Assembly (NCBI GenBank): GCA_964035775.1
Contig: OZ038316.1
Location: 10,292,001 to 10,354,000 of the forward strand
Direction of reading: 5' to 3'
DNA: 62,000 bases
The first letter of the stretch is position 1. The number at the start of each line of letters is the position of its first letter. Positions 1 to 13,500 of this stretch are shown here, one piece after another. The translations under genes were made by a program, and so were the position numbers. Below the pieces are notes generated by a model. The model made no database searches and was not told where the DNA came from. It saw only the letters and a list, made by a program, of their open reading frames with translations.

Positions 1-313
1 TCTATATAGAAAGTAGGTAATCAAATAAATAGTAATAAGATGAGGGAAAAAGATATTGTAAACAGTCAAAGGTCAATACGCTAGATTTTTCTGTGTAACG
101 CTGTGTAAACGATGCACTTTTTTATTACGTTAACATGATTAAGATATTATTTAGAAGTGGTAGATAAATTCACAGCTATTTTTAAAAACTAGAATAACTT
201 AAAAAGATTTTTAGAAATTTTGGTAAATATTGATTGTAATAATTATAATTTATTATTATTAAGTTATAATTGGAATACGCTTAAAGTCCTGGACAACAGA
301 AATATACGTACAT

Positions 314-1594
314 TATCATAACATATCATAACATATCATACAGTGTCATAACATATCATACAGTGTCATAACATATCATACAGTATCATAACATATCATA
401 CAGTGTCATAACATATCATACAGTGTCATAACATATCATACAGTGTCATAACATATCATACAGTGTCATAACATATCATACAGTGTCATAACATATCATA
501 CAGTGTCATAACATATCATACAGTGTCATAACATATCATACAGTATCATAACATATCATACAGTATCATAACATATCATACAGTATCATAACATATCATA
601 CAGTGTCATAACATATCATACAGTATCATAACATATCATACAGTATCATAACATATCATACAGTGTCATAACATATCATACAGTATCATAACATATCATA
701 CAGTATCATAACATATCATACAGTATCATAACATATCATACAGTATCATAACATATCATACAGTATCATAACATATCATACAGTATCATAACATATCATA
801 CAGTATCATAACATATCATACAGTATTATAACATATCATACAGTATCATAACATATCATACAGTATCATAACATATCATACAGTATCATAACATATATTA
901 CATTATCATAACATATCATACAGTATCATAACATATCATACAGAATCATAACATATCATACAGTATCATAACATATCATACAGTATCATAACATATCATA
1001 CAGTATCATAACATATCATACAGTATCATAACATATCATACAGTATCATAACATATCATACAGTATCATAACATATCATACAGTATCATATCATACAGTA
1101 TCATAACATATCATACAGTATCATAACATATCATACAGTATCATAACATATCATACAGTGTCATAACATATCATACAGTATCATAACATATCATACAGTA
1201 TCATAACATATCATACAGTATCATAACATATCATACAGTATTATAACATATCATACAGTATCATAACATATCATACAGTGTCATAACATATCATAACATA
1301 TTACAACATATCATAACATATCATAACATATCATACAGTATCATAACATATCATACAGTATCATAACATATCATACAGAATCATAACATATCATAACATA
1401 TCATAACATATCAAACAGTATCATAACATATCATAACATATTACAACATATCATAACATATCATAACATATCATACAGTATCATAACATATCATAACATA
1501 TCATACAGTATCATAACATATCATAACATATAATAACATATCGTAACATGTCATAACATATCATAACATATCAGAACATATCGTAAAATGTCAT
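314..1594. repeat. 20-bp minisatellite (ACATATCATACAGTATCATA)n built from 10-bp subunits
   Basis: Directly visible tandem array, ending next to the minus-strand donor at 1595-1596. Confidence 0.97.
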
Positions 1595-1596
1595 AC

Positions 1597-4500
1597 CTGG
1601 CCTTGCATTTCACTCTGAAGTGTTTCTTGCTTGCAGAATTACAGGTAATGCAAACAGATTTGTTGATTTCCTGAAATGGAGTGATTAGGAAAATATAAAT
1701 TAGCTAGCATAGATAATGTCAAGATAGTGAAGAGATAATGATGAGAAAACGAGAAGACAATGAGATAGTAATGAGATAGCGGTGATAAGAAAATGGTGAG
1801 ACAATTATAATACAATAATGAGATAGTGACAAGGTAATGATGAGATAATGATGAGATAGTGACAAGATAATAATAGGACGATAATAAGATAATAATGAGA
1901 TGGTGTCAAGATAATAATAGGACGATAATAAGATAATGAAGAGGCAATGATAAGATAGTGACAAGATAATGATGAGATAATGATGAGATAGTGATAAGGT
2001 AATGATGAGATAATGATGAGATAGTGATAAGGTAATGATGAGATAATGATGAGATAGCGACAAGATAATAATATGACGATAATATAATGATGAGATAGTG
2101 ACAAGATAATAATATGACAATAATAAGATGATGATGATGAGATAATGATGAGATAGTGACAAGATAATGATGAGATAATGATGAGATAATGATGAGATAG
2201 TGACAGGATAGTGACAAGATAATGCTGAGATAATGATGAGATAATGACAAGATAATGATGAGATAATGATGATATAGTGACAAGATAAGATACTCACATT
2301 CTTACATTTCAAACACTCTAAACTTATTGAGAAAGAATTAATTTTTGTGATGTTGGGGCGATTTCTAAACACATAATCTTTCTGTAAATTGTAATAGAAA
2401 TATGAGAATGATGGGAAGTATAAAGGAAGAGGAGTGCGAGAGGTAGAGGTAGAGGGAGAGGGAGATGGAGATGGAGAGGGAGAGGGAGAGGGAGAGGGAG
2501 AGGGAGAGGGAGAGGGAGAGGGAGAGGGAGAGGGAGAGGGAGAGGGAGAGGGAGAGGGAGAGGGAGAGGGAGAGGGAGAGGGAGAGGGAGAGGGAGAGGG
2601 AGAGGGAGAGGGAGAGGGAGAGGGAGAGGGAGAGGGAGAGGGAGAGGGAGAGGGAGAGGGAGAGGGAGAGGGAGAGGGAGAGGGAGAGGGAGAGGGAGAG
2701 GGAGAGGGAGAGGGAGAGGGAGAGGGAGAGGGAGAGGGAGAGGGAGAGGGAGAGGGAGAGGGAGAGGGAGATAAAGGAAGATAAAGGGAGAGAGGAGACA
2801 GGGGAGAGGAAGGGAAGAGGGAGAAGGAAAGTGAGAGGTAGAGTGAGATAGAGAGGGAGGGGAGTAGAAGGGAAAGGAAGGGAAGGGAGGAGGAAGGAGA
2901 GAGGGATAGGGATAGAGGGAGAAGGTAGGGATAGGGATGAAGTGAAATAAACCTTAAGAATTAGAATTTGACTTTGAAGGTTGATGAAAGGTACATTAGG
3001 ATAACAACCTAAATCCTGTTCGCAGTGACGAACTGGTTCTTTCCTAGAATAATGTCGAGATGTACTGTCGTTATATTACAATTGCTGTGAATACGGGTAA
3101 TAATGAAGTAATAGTAAGCAAACCATTTGTCACATGTACCCCACGGGAATGAAATGAGTTTAATTCGTGAACTAGAAGTCATTGTAAACTTTGGAATCAC
3201 AATCCTAGGAAAACAACAGTTTCATTATTATTTAGAAATATAACTATTTTTATAATTGCAATAAATATAAATATGTCGAGTGATTAATAGTTGTAATTAG
3301 TATTTATGTAGTATTTATGTAGTATTTATGTAGTATTTATGTAGTATTTATGTAGTATTTATGTAGTATTTATGTAGTATTTATGTAGTATTTATGTAGT
3401 ATTTATGTAGTATTTATGTAGTATTTATGTAGTATTTATGTAGTATTTATGTAGTATTTATGTAGTATTTATGTAGTATTTATGTAGTATTTATGTAGTA
3501 TTTATGTAGTATTTATGTAGTATTTATGTAGTATTTATGTAGTATTTATGTAGTATTTATGTAGTATTTATGTAGTATTTATGTAGTATTTATGTAGTAT
3601 TTATGTAGTATTTATGTAGTATTTATGTAGTATCTATGTAGTATTTATGTAGTATTTATGTAGTATTTATGTAGTATTTATGTAGTATTTATGTAGTATT
3701 TATGTAGTATCTACTCCATATGAAATAAATATGAAATATATATTTAAATTTAGATTTATAAAATCATAAAAATTTATTATTATTTTTACATTTCGTGTTT
3801 AAAATAAATTGCGTTTTTAAAAATAAAGTTAATTTCCTTAACAATTGTTAATATTTTATTTACTAACTTGTTAGCATAAGTCAAAGTGTTATATGAATAT
3901 CTCTTTAAATTATCAATACGAATTCTAGATCCTTGTACCTGTTAAATAATTAAAATAAAAAATCAATTCTATATTTCGTAAATTATAATGTATATACAAT
4001 ACAAAATAACTGTTAAATCACCGACGAGTATTGTAAATTGCATACTACTTAGAACTGTACTCGAATTTATACAAGAAATCATGATTCTGTGCAGGCAAAA
4101 GGGATAAAACATGATAAAACAAAAAAAATAATTTTACTTTTAACTAATCCAAATAAATATCAAATCATCAAATCAAAAAAAATATCTAAATTATTTGCTG
4201 GGAAAATTTAGATTCCTAAAATCAAATTAACATTATAATATATCAACGGCGTACTCCGAATGGCCCCAGAAAAACATCCAGGCAATTTGTTTACATTCAT
4301 TCATTTTTAGCATTACATCATTATTTCGTATTATTTTTTATTTTTGTAAACAAGTAAAGAATTTTAAAAAACTATTACATCTCTTGCTAAACTATTACAA
4401 CAAAGCTACAATTACTACCCCGAGGTTATTACATTGTAGCGTATTACGTCGCAGTATATTACATCACGGATTACCAAACCGCGAGCTCGTGCAACAGATA

Positions 4501-7500
4501 TGAGAAGTAAGCACTACACTTACAATAGCCATGGGGTACTGGAATAGCTTCATGTGCATGGGTACCACAACAATGATACGTTGGAGCTCTGCAATTGGCA
4601 GATTGGAGTGTCTCAGGTTACCGTCGACCTCCGTGGGGTTATCGAGGATATCAACTGCAAGAAGGGGTCGTGGAGAGGTCGTAAAGTGAGGTCGAGGACG
4701 TGCGTCGTGGGGAGATTAAAGTGATATCTGCTAGCGTACGAACTGCGGAGGAGGGAATGTCGGGGTGGTAAATAGAACAATGGAGAGGTTAGAGGTTAGA
4801 AATAATGCTGGATGTCGGAAAGAGAACTCACGGATTCATAGAATTCAGATGAGTAACTTTATTCTCGCAACAAAGTCAATGTGAGTCGAGTATCCAACAC
4901 TAACCAATATTGATCAGTAATTCAACGGAGTATGGATTCCCTTGAGGGATACCTGAGAGGAAATATTCACGTGTAAAGGTGGAGAGAGTGATGGAGAGGA
5001 GGAGGAAGTGAGAGGAGGAGGAATTGAGAGGAGGAGGAAGTGAGAGGAGGAGGAATTGAGAGGAGGAGGAGAGAGAGGAGGAGGAGGAAGTGAGAGGAGA
5101 AGGAAGTGAGAGGAGGAAATGAGAGGAGGAGGAAGTGAGAGGAGGAAGTGAGAGGAGGAGGAGGAAGTGAGAGGAGAAGGAAGTGAGAGGAGGAGGAAGT
5201 GAGAGGAGGAGGAGAGAGATGAGGAGGAGGAAGTGAGAGGAGGAGGATAGAGAGGAGAAGGAAGTGAGAGGAGGAGGTAGTGAGAGGAGGAGGAAGTGAG
5301 AGGAGGGGGAAGTGAGAGGAGGAGGAATTGAGAGGAGGAGGAGAGAGAGGAGGAGGAGGAAGTGAGAGGAGGGAGTGAAAGGAGGAGGAAGTGAGAGGAG
5401 GAGGAGAGAGATGAAGAGGAGGAAGTGAGAGGAGGAGGATAGAGAGGAGGAGGTAGTGAGAGGAGAAGGAAGTGAGAGGAGGAGGTAGTGAGAGGAGGAA
5501 GTGAGAGGAGGAGGTAGTGAGAGGAGGAAGTGAGAGGAGGAGGTAGTGAGAGGAGGAGAAAGTGAGAGGAGGAGAAAGTGAGAGGAGGAGGAAGTGAGAG
5601 GAGGAAGTAGTGAGAGGAGGAGGAAGTGAGAGGAGGAGGAGAGAGAGGAGGTAGTGAGAGGAGGAAGTGAGAGGAGGAGGTAGTGAGAGGAGGAAGTGAG
5701 AGGAGGAGGTAGTGAGAGGAGAAAGTGAGAGGAGGAGGAAGTGAGAGGAGGAGGAAGTGAGAGGAGGAAGTAATGAGAGGAGGAGGAAGTGAGAGGAGGA
5801 GGAGAGAGAGGAGGAGGGAGTGAGAGGAGGAGGAAGTGTGAGGAGGAGTAAGTGAGAGGAAGAAGTGAGAGGAGGAGGTAGTGAGAGGAGGAGGAAGTAA
5901 GAGGAGGAGGAGAGAGAGGAGGAGGAAGTGAGAGGAGGAGGAGAGAGATGAGTAGGAGAGAGGAGAGAGGAAGAAGTGAGAGGAGGAGGAAGTGAGAGGA
6001 GGAGGAAGTGAGAGGAGGAGGAAGTGAGATGCGGAGGAAATGAGAGGAGGAGGAAGTGAGAGGAGGAGGAAGTGAGAGGAGGAGGAGAGAGATGAGGAGG
6101 AGGAGAGAGGAGAGAGGAAGAAGTGAGAGGAGGAGGAAGTGAGAGGAGGAGGAAGTGAGAGGAGGAGGAAGTGAGAGGAGGAGGAGAGAGAGGAGGAGGA
6201 GAGAGAGGAGGAGGAAGTGAGAGGAGGAGGAGAGAGAGGAGGAGGAGGAAGTGAGATGCGGAGGAAATGAGAGGAGGAGGAAGTGAGAGGAGGAGGAAGT
6301 GAAAGGAGGAGGAAGTGAGAGGAGGAGGAAGTGAGAGGAGTAGGAAGTGAGAAGAGGAGGAAGTGAGAGGAGGAGGAAGTGAGAGGAGGAGGATAGAGAG
6401 GAGGAGGAGGTAGTGAGTGGAGGAGGAAGTGAGAGGAGGAGGAAGTGAGAAGAGGAGGAAGTGAGAGGAGGAGGAAGTGAGAGGAGGAAATGAGAGGAGG
6501 AAGTGAGAGGAGTAGGAAGTGAGAAGAGGAGGAAGTGAAAGGTTAACATAACACACAGGTTCACACCAACCGAGCATTGACCTTTCCTCTCTAGAAGTCT
6601 TATTGTTATAGTTTGACATGCGTATGTTCTTCGAGATCACAATACCGACCAGGGTGGACAAGTCTTCGTCGCTGTAAATTGTCGCGGGTTCAAAGGTCGT
6701 TACTAATTTCTATAGATAACTCGACGCTCTCATTTCCAAAAGCGTCCGAAAACACTGCTAGCGTATTTCAAGAGAGCATCGCATCAACTAGGGTTGGCTG
6801 TTGGTATCGGAACGTCTCGAGGAGTAATCGACGCAATCGATTAAAATGGTCGCGGATACAAAATGCACGGCGCGATTAAAGAGGTCGTCGAGGGGTCGCA
6901 AACCTGTCGAAATCGATGGAATGCATCAACGGCATTGTAATGATTCTCATCAAAAATGGGTCGGCGCGATTGGACGATATCTCCCTGATCTGGTGGGTCG
7001 GGTCGGGTCCGAGCGTTAACGAAATCGGGTGAGGTACAGATCAATATGAAACACGGGAGTGTAATGTCAAGCGTAGCCGAATGGGATACGCATTATAAAT
7101 TATAATGTTATTATTATGTTGTATAATGTTATATTAAATATTATAATGTTATAATGTTAAATTGTAATTTATAAACAACTACATATTCTATAGTATTACT
7201 AAAACTCCTTAGTAATTCATACGAACGAAGTTTTGATAATAAAACTGAAATGAAATTCACTTACATAGCAACAAGAATCAGTTTCCAATATGTAGGCATT
7301 GGGCATGGGTAACATGTTACCATAAACACCGAGGGTTACTTGGTAATCGTAGACTCGAATGGCTCGGTTGTCTGCGAATGGTCGGTTATGGCGTAATAAT
7401 GATTGTTATAAGGTCGTTATAGAGGTCATTATAGGGGTCATTATAGGGGTCATTATAGGGGTCATTATAAGGTCATTAGAAGAGTCATTATAGGGGTCAT

Positions 7501-10500
7501 TATAGGGGTCATTATAGGGGTCATTATAAGGTCATTAGAAGAGTCATTAAAGGATTCATTAGAAGAGTCATTAGAAGAGTCATTAGAAGAGTCATTAGAA
7601 GAGTCATTAGAAGAGTCATTATAAGATTATTATAGGGNNNNNNNNNNNNNNNNNNNNNNNNNNNNNNNNNNNNNNNNNNNNNNNNNNNNNNNNNNNNNNN
7701 NNNNNNNNNNNNNNNNNNNNNNNNNNNNNNNNNNNNNNNNNNNNNNNNNNNNNNNNNNNNNNNNNNNNNNNNNNNNNNNNNNNNNNNNNNNNNNNNNNNN
7801 NNNNNNNNNNNNNNNNNNNNNNNNNNNNNNNNNNNNNTGGATGATTTGTCAATTCGAGGGTTCTGAACCAATCTCGAATAAAAATAAATAGAATTTATTC
7901 CCATCATCATATTCGGCTTCAAAGTCAACTAATGTGGAAAACATTAAGTCACAATTAGATTATAGAGAATATGAACTGAAAATAGAGAACATTTAATACA
8001 AATATAAATGTGAATTTGGCGAATATTAAATATTCACAATTATCTATTTAAAGGAATATAAATCAACTACAAATTAAATGGTATATAAAATGGCAAAATA
8101 TAGACGAGTTGCTAATTAATGGATAAGTTATTTTCAAGGGATAGAAGAAATATCACCGTTGCGAAGAGAAGATGGGTCGAGGAAAGGCGATAATAAACTA
8201 GAAAGTAGAGACGGAGACCAACTCTTGGCTTGGTTTTTCTTTTGATCCTGAAATCATCAATCGAACACACAAGATAAGCCTTGCAGGTTTCGTCGAGGAT
8301 GCAGAGCTCAAACGCCGGATTGCTATCCTTCTCAGCGATGGTAAACCTAGAAGCGAAATTAATGTGCCGTTGATAACCATATGCAATAAGCCAATGCTAA
8401 TATTGTTATACGATATTGAGTTGGTTATTTATATAGTATTACGCAATTATTTGAAACATATCATAAATATATCATAAAACAAGTAAAAATATTTGAAATT
8501 CATTTTTAATAATGGTAAAATAATAATAATCAATTATATTAATGGTTATATCGGTGTCATTTGGTTAGTGTCGTTTACGTGGGAAGGAAATCTTCCTTGT
8601 ACAGTATAAGACATGTTTAGTATTCAAATAGTAAATCAAAATCAACTTGGACAGAGTCTAAGTAGAGACCTGATTTCAGATATCGATGCATTGTAGTTTT
8701 ATTTATATTTGTAGTACATATATTATTTATTTACGTAATTAATACAAATGTGTCCTTACAATGGAAAGTTAATTTACTAAAGTATTGTTAACTTACAAAT
8801 CCTGTTTATAAATTCTTTATTTATTATTTCATTAAGCGAATGAAAGTATAATTAGAATAGTAAATGATTCTGAAATAAAACGATGATTTTAAAAAATATA
8901 TTATATATCTATTTAGTCAAATCATTTAAGAATATTCTTATAGTTGATCTCTAAGATTCTAAAAATAATCTGGAGCAATATACTTCATTATACATTCATA
9001 TCATAATATATATTATTTTAATTAATCATTAAAAAAAGCTCAATTTCATAGTTTTGTGTCATTCGATGTAATTTAGCAATAATAGCAAATAAGGAAATTT
9101 CAATAATAAAAACAATTTTAAAAAGTAATAATTTTTCAATTTCAAAAATTTCAATAGAAATATATTAATTCTTCGGATTTAAAAACAATATAATTAAAAT
9201 GTAAGACGAGTTTCGTAAACATGGAAATCACTTCACCAAGAATACATGCGTAAGTTATTTGTTAACCTTTCGATGACCAGAGTGAACTTCTCTATGTAGA
9301 CGTAACAGGGCAGGTATTGACCAAGGATCATGAAAGGGCGATCGCACGGAGAGTTGCAGATTTCCTCAGCAATCAGTTCTCCTTCTTCCCCGTCCGCCGC
9401 CGCCGTCTTCGAGGCAGCTACAACGGCTTCAAGTTCTCGTTCGGAAGATTCTGCCGCAATGTCGTCGGATACGCGTTCAGCTGAGCCGTCGATATCGACT
9501 GCAGGCGACATTTTAACGTCGCCGTCGGTCGCCGTTTCTATGGTTACAACGTCGTCGTCGGAAATCCGCCGTCGCTTTGAAGACGGAGAAGATGATTCCT
9601 CGCCATCGATCCTGGACAATTTCTCTTCGCGGCTCTCGATAACATTCGAAACATCCTCGAGTTGTTGTTCTCTATGCACAGGCTCCTCCTTGGGTTGACG
9701 AACATCTTCAAGCTCTTTTTTGGGCAGTTCTACATCTTCAAGCTCTTTTTTGGGCTGTTCTACATCTTCAAGCTCTTTTTTGGGCTGTTCTACATCTTCG
9801 AGCTCTTCCTTAGGGAGTACGCCGGCACTTTTCTCGGAATCGACGGCGTTGCGCTTTTCAATCTCTTTTTTGAGGTGGTTTTCAAGCATCCGAGCGGAAT
9901 CCCTCAGCTGCTCGTCTTCCTGTGCCCCCGTTCCCCTTTCCCTCAGCCTCTCGAGTAACTCCTTACCAGACGACTCCGTCGTTTGTTGTCGTTTCTTTCG
10001 GCCGCCATCTTTGCCTGCGTAAAAGCGTTTGCGGTGCATACAGCGCAGTGGGTAAACCCGAACCTCGTAACTCTATATCCACGAAATACCGCCGACTCGC
10101 CTGACCCACGATAAATAGACGTATGCCGAGTACTCCGAGTACTCCGCGAACTCCGCGAACTCCGAGTACTCCGAGTACTCCGCGAACTCCGAGTACTCCG
10201 AGTACTCCGAGTACTCCGCGAACTCCGAGTACTCCGAGTACTACGAGTACTCCGCGAACTCCGCGAACTCCGAGTACTCCGAGTACTCCGAGTACTCCGC
10301 GAACTCCGAGTACTCCGAGTACTCCGAGTACTCCGCGAACTCCGAGTACTCCGAGTACTACGAGTACTCCGCGAACTCCGCGAACTCCGAGTACTCCGAG
10401 TACTCCGCGAACTCCGCGAACTCCGAGTACTCCGAGTACTCCGAGTACTCCGAGTACTCCGCGAACTCCGAGTACTCCGAGTACTCCGAGTACTCCGCGA

Positions 10501-13500
10501 ACTCCGAGTACTCCGAGTACTCCGAGTACTCCGCGAACTCCGAGTACTCCGAGTACTACGAGTACTCCGCGAACTCCGCGAACTCCGAGTACTCCGAGTA
10601 CTCCGCGAACTCCGAGTACTCCGAGTACTCCGAGTACTCCGCGAACTCCGAGTACTCCGAGTACTCCGAGTACTCCGCGAACTCCGAGTACTCCGAGTAA
10701 TCCGAGTACTCCGCGAACTCCGAGTACTCCGAGTACTCCGAGTACTCCGCGAACTCCGAGTACTCCGCGAACTCCGAGTACTCCGAGTACTCCGCGAACA
10801 GAACGCGATTGAACGCGATTGGCCGTCTAAACTCACCGCAGACTCGATTGCAGGTAATCTGTCGACACGTGTGTTCGGCGTCCTTCGCTCGGTTCGCAAT
10901 GATCACGTGAATTGCGCGTTTCGAAGCCGTGGCGGCGTCGACGGCGACGGCGTCGGCGAGCATCAAGCGTCCGCTGGTCGGACAGCAACGCAGGTGACCC
11001 GAGGTCTCCTGCGAAGGTAGGACGTAGTGAACGAAATAATATTTTGAAAATATTTATTAATTATAATTATTATATTTTTTTTTAATATATTGGCATTTTT
11101 AAATAGTTGATTGCATACATATTATTATAATAATATGATTTATTACTATATTAATATAATATCTTTTATTTAATATAATATTCAAAAGTTCATAGTATTT
11201 AAATCAATATAACTTTGTATACCTAGAAATTATAAAATTATAATTATAGAAATTAATTTGTTTGTTTAAAATTTCTAATTAAATTATAAGTTATATTTAG
11301 AAGTTTAAATTGATATACTTTAAACATAGATAACTAACGTAGTTATATTATATAATATATATAAATATATTATATGAATATTTGTTATATATGAAGTGCT
11401 ATATATATCCTTATAAGGTTATCCTAGTTTTATTAAATCTTTTTTACTATATTAATATTATTTATATCATCTAAATAATCATGTATTATACTTAATTAAG
11501 TATAGTAGTAATGAAAGAATTAATGTTATATAATACATATAAGCATCCAATACAACGGTGCATAAACAGTGCATAAACAGTGTATATAGAATGCATGTTT
11601 TAAAATTTTCAATATCTAATAATTTATTAACAATACATAATCGTGTGATTTGGGTTTATAATAAAATAAAATTGTCATTAAGTATTTTTTGAATTATTTG
11701 CATTACATTTGTAATTTACTTTATCGTAAGACATTCGATAACGCGTTGTGGAATTACTAAATACATATAACATCCAAGAAAGAACACCCGATAATGGAAA
11801 AGACATGCTTAAGAATTAGGAAGGCTATTATATATCCAGAACATAAATAAGGACACAATACAAAAATTGGATATATCGAGAAATAAATTTGGATATTATT
11901 TCATATCTGTTTATACACACTGTATATTCAAGTTATTACGTTACCTAAGCATATTACATTAGACTTGATTACTGAACATGAGAATTTATTCTGCGATGGA
12001 ACGTTTAAAGTATTCTATAGTAATTATATTAATACATGCACTGTTTTAGTAATTTCACCAACTTTTCTCCCTCATTGCGATACTGGAAATATTAATCATA
12101 AAACCAATGGAATCATATCAATCATAAAACCAATGGAATCATGTCAATCATATTCCATTGATTTATTCTATTTTAGAAAAAAATCTTAAAGCATATCAAA
12201 AGGTAATGTGAAATATTAGAATATATTTATATATTCATATTCAATATATATTCAATATATTTATATTGTATACAATTAATTATTACAATGCAAATATAAC
12301 ATATTTAATATACGAGGTATTTAATGTTCTCAAAGAATATGTTGTGGACTTGGTAAAGTTTGAAAGTATCCAAGGTTTTTCAGATCATGAAAAAGGTTTG
12401 TTCATTTATAACGTTTTAATTAGAGAATTGTTTCATCATCATAATATTATATTCACTTTTTATGTAGCGAAGTGAATGACCATTCAAAAACATGGGTGTT
12501 TTTTCACTCGCGGCAATATTTCTAAAACAGGCTTAAATACGAGATTTTCTTTAGAAAGGTTACAGATTATCGCAGAGATTCCGGTATATTTACATATTTA
12601 ATTTAATATATCCCAAGGTTATCTTGGTATAATGTTCATTATTATAATTTTCATATCGTTACTATTGCAGTTACAAGAACTGTTACTCAATTATTAGTAG
12701 CTTTAGCAGTCTCGCCTGAAAATGATATTTCTAACTCCTATGAAAAAACAAAGAATATACAATATCAACAATATTCAAATGAAGAATTTGTTTACATTAC
12801 TATTATTACATTATAATAAGAATTAATGTAAACAATATGTAAATTATAAATGATTCTTCAATAGAAATTTCGAATGAAATAGGATCAATGGATTGTTCTC
12901 AATTAATTCCTTGTCAACTATCTCGGAAATAAAACAAATAATGGTGTAGAAGGCTTTTATAAATCAAAAATAGGTTCATGTTCAAATATATGTTATAATC
13001 TAATAATATATATGTTATAAGCTAATAATATATATGTTATAAGCTAATAATATATATGTTATAAACTAATAATATATATGTTATAAGCTAATAATATATA
13101 TGTTATAATCTAATAATATATATATGTTATAAGCTAATAATATATATGTTATATAATAGGGTCATTCCAAGCAACATCATCAAATTGATCCCATTTGATT
13201 TTGATTTTGTCTAAAAAATTTCATGGGTTTGTTCATCTCATTTGTTTAATAGAAAAAGGGATCTGCAATTTTTTGGTCAAATAATTTGATTTTATGAGAC
13301 ATCAAAATTGAAATACAATTTCAAAAAATTTGTAGTTGGAAAAAAATTGAACTTTTTGTATGTTACTCCTAGAGAAATCTTCATCGAGGAACAGCTTATT
13401 AATTTGAGATTATAAAACTATTAAAAAAGATTATTGTATCCTCTCGCATGTATAAATTTATATATATATATATATATATACATAAAAAAAATATATTTTA

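Noticed and set aside
1719..2851. ORFs of 99-217 aa (HYLIII, EGEG, RERE)
   Set aside because: Translations of intronic satellites; only 2298-2381 is a plausible exon.
3009..3204. Initial resemblance to Tectonic proteins
   Set aside because: Neighbouring exons align collinearly with CTC1 OB folds instead.
4900..6661. 554 and 564 aa Ser/Leu/Pro ORFs
   Set aside because: Read-through of a stop-free polypyrimidine satellite; only the ends coincide with CTC1 exons.
7524..7928. ORFs spanning the N run
   Set aside because: Artefacts of the assembly gap.
9943..10966. STP/STR/EYS repeat ORFs resembling a mucin or polymerase CTD
   Set aside because: The 9-bp array lies inside a phase-consistent GT..AG intron (10015-10836).
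13157..13300. AGGGTCATTCCA, a possible DNA transposon end
   Set aside because: No matching inverted end was found in the window.
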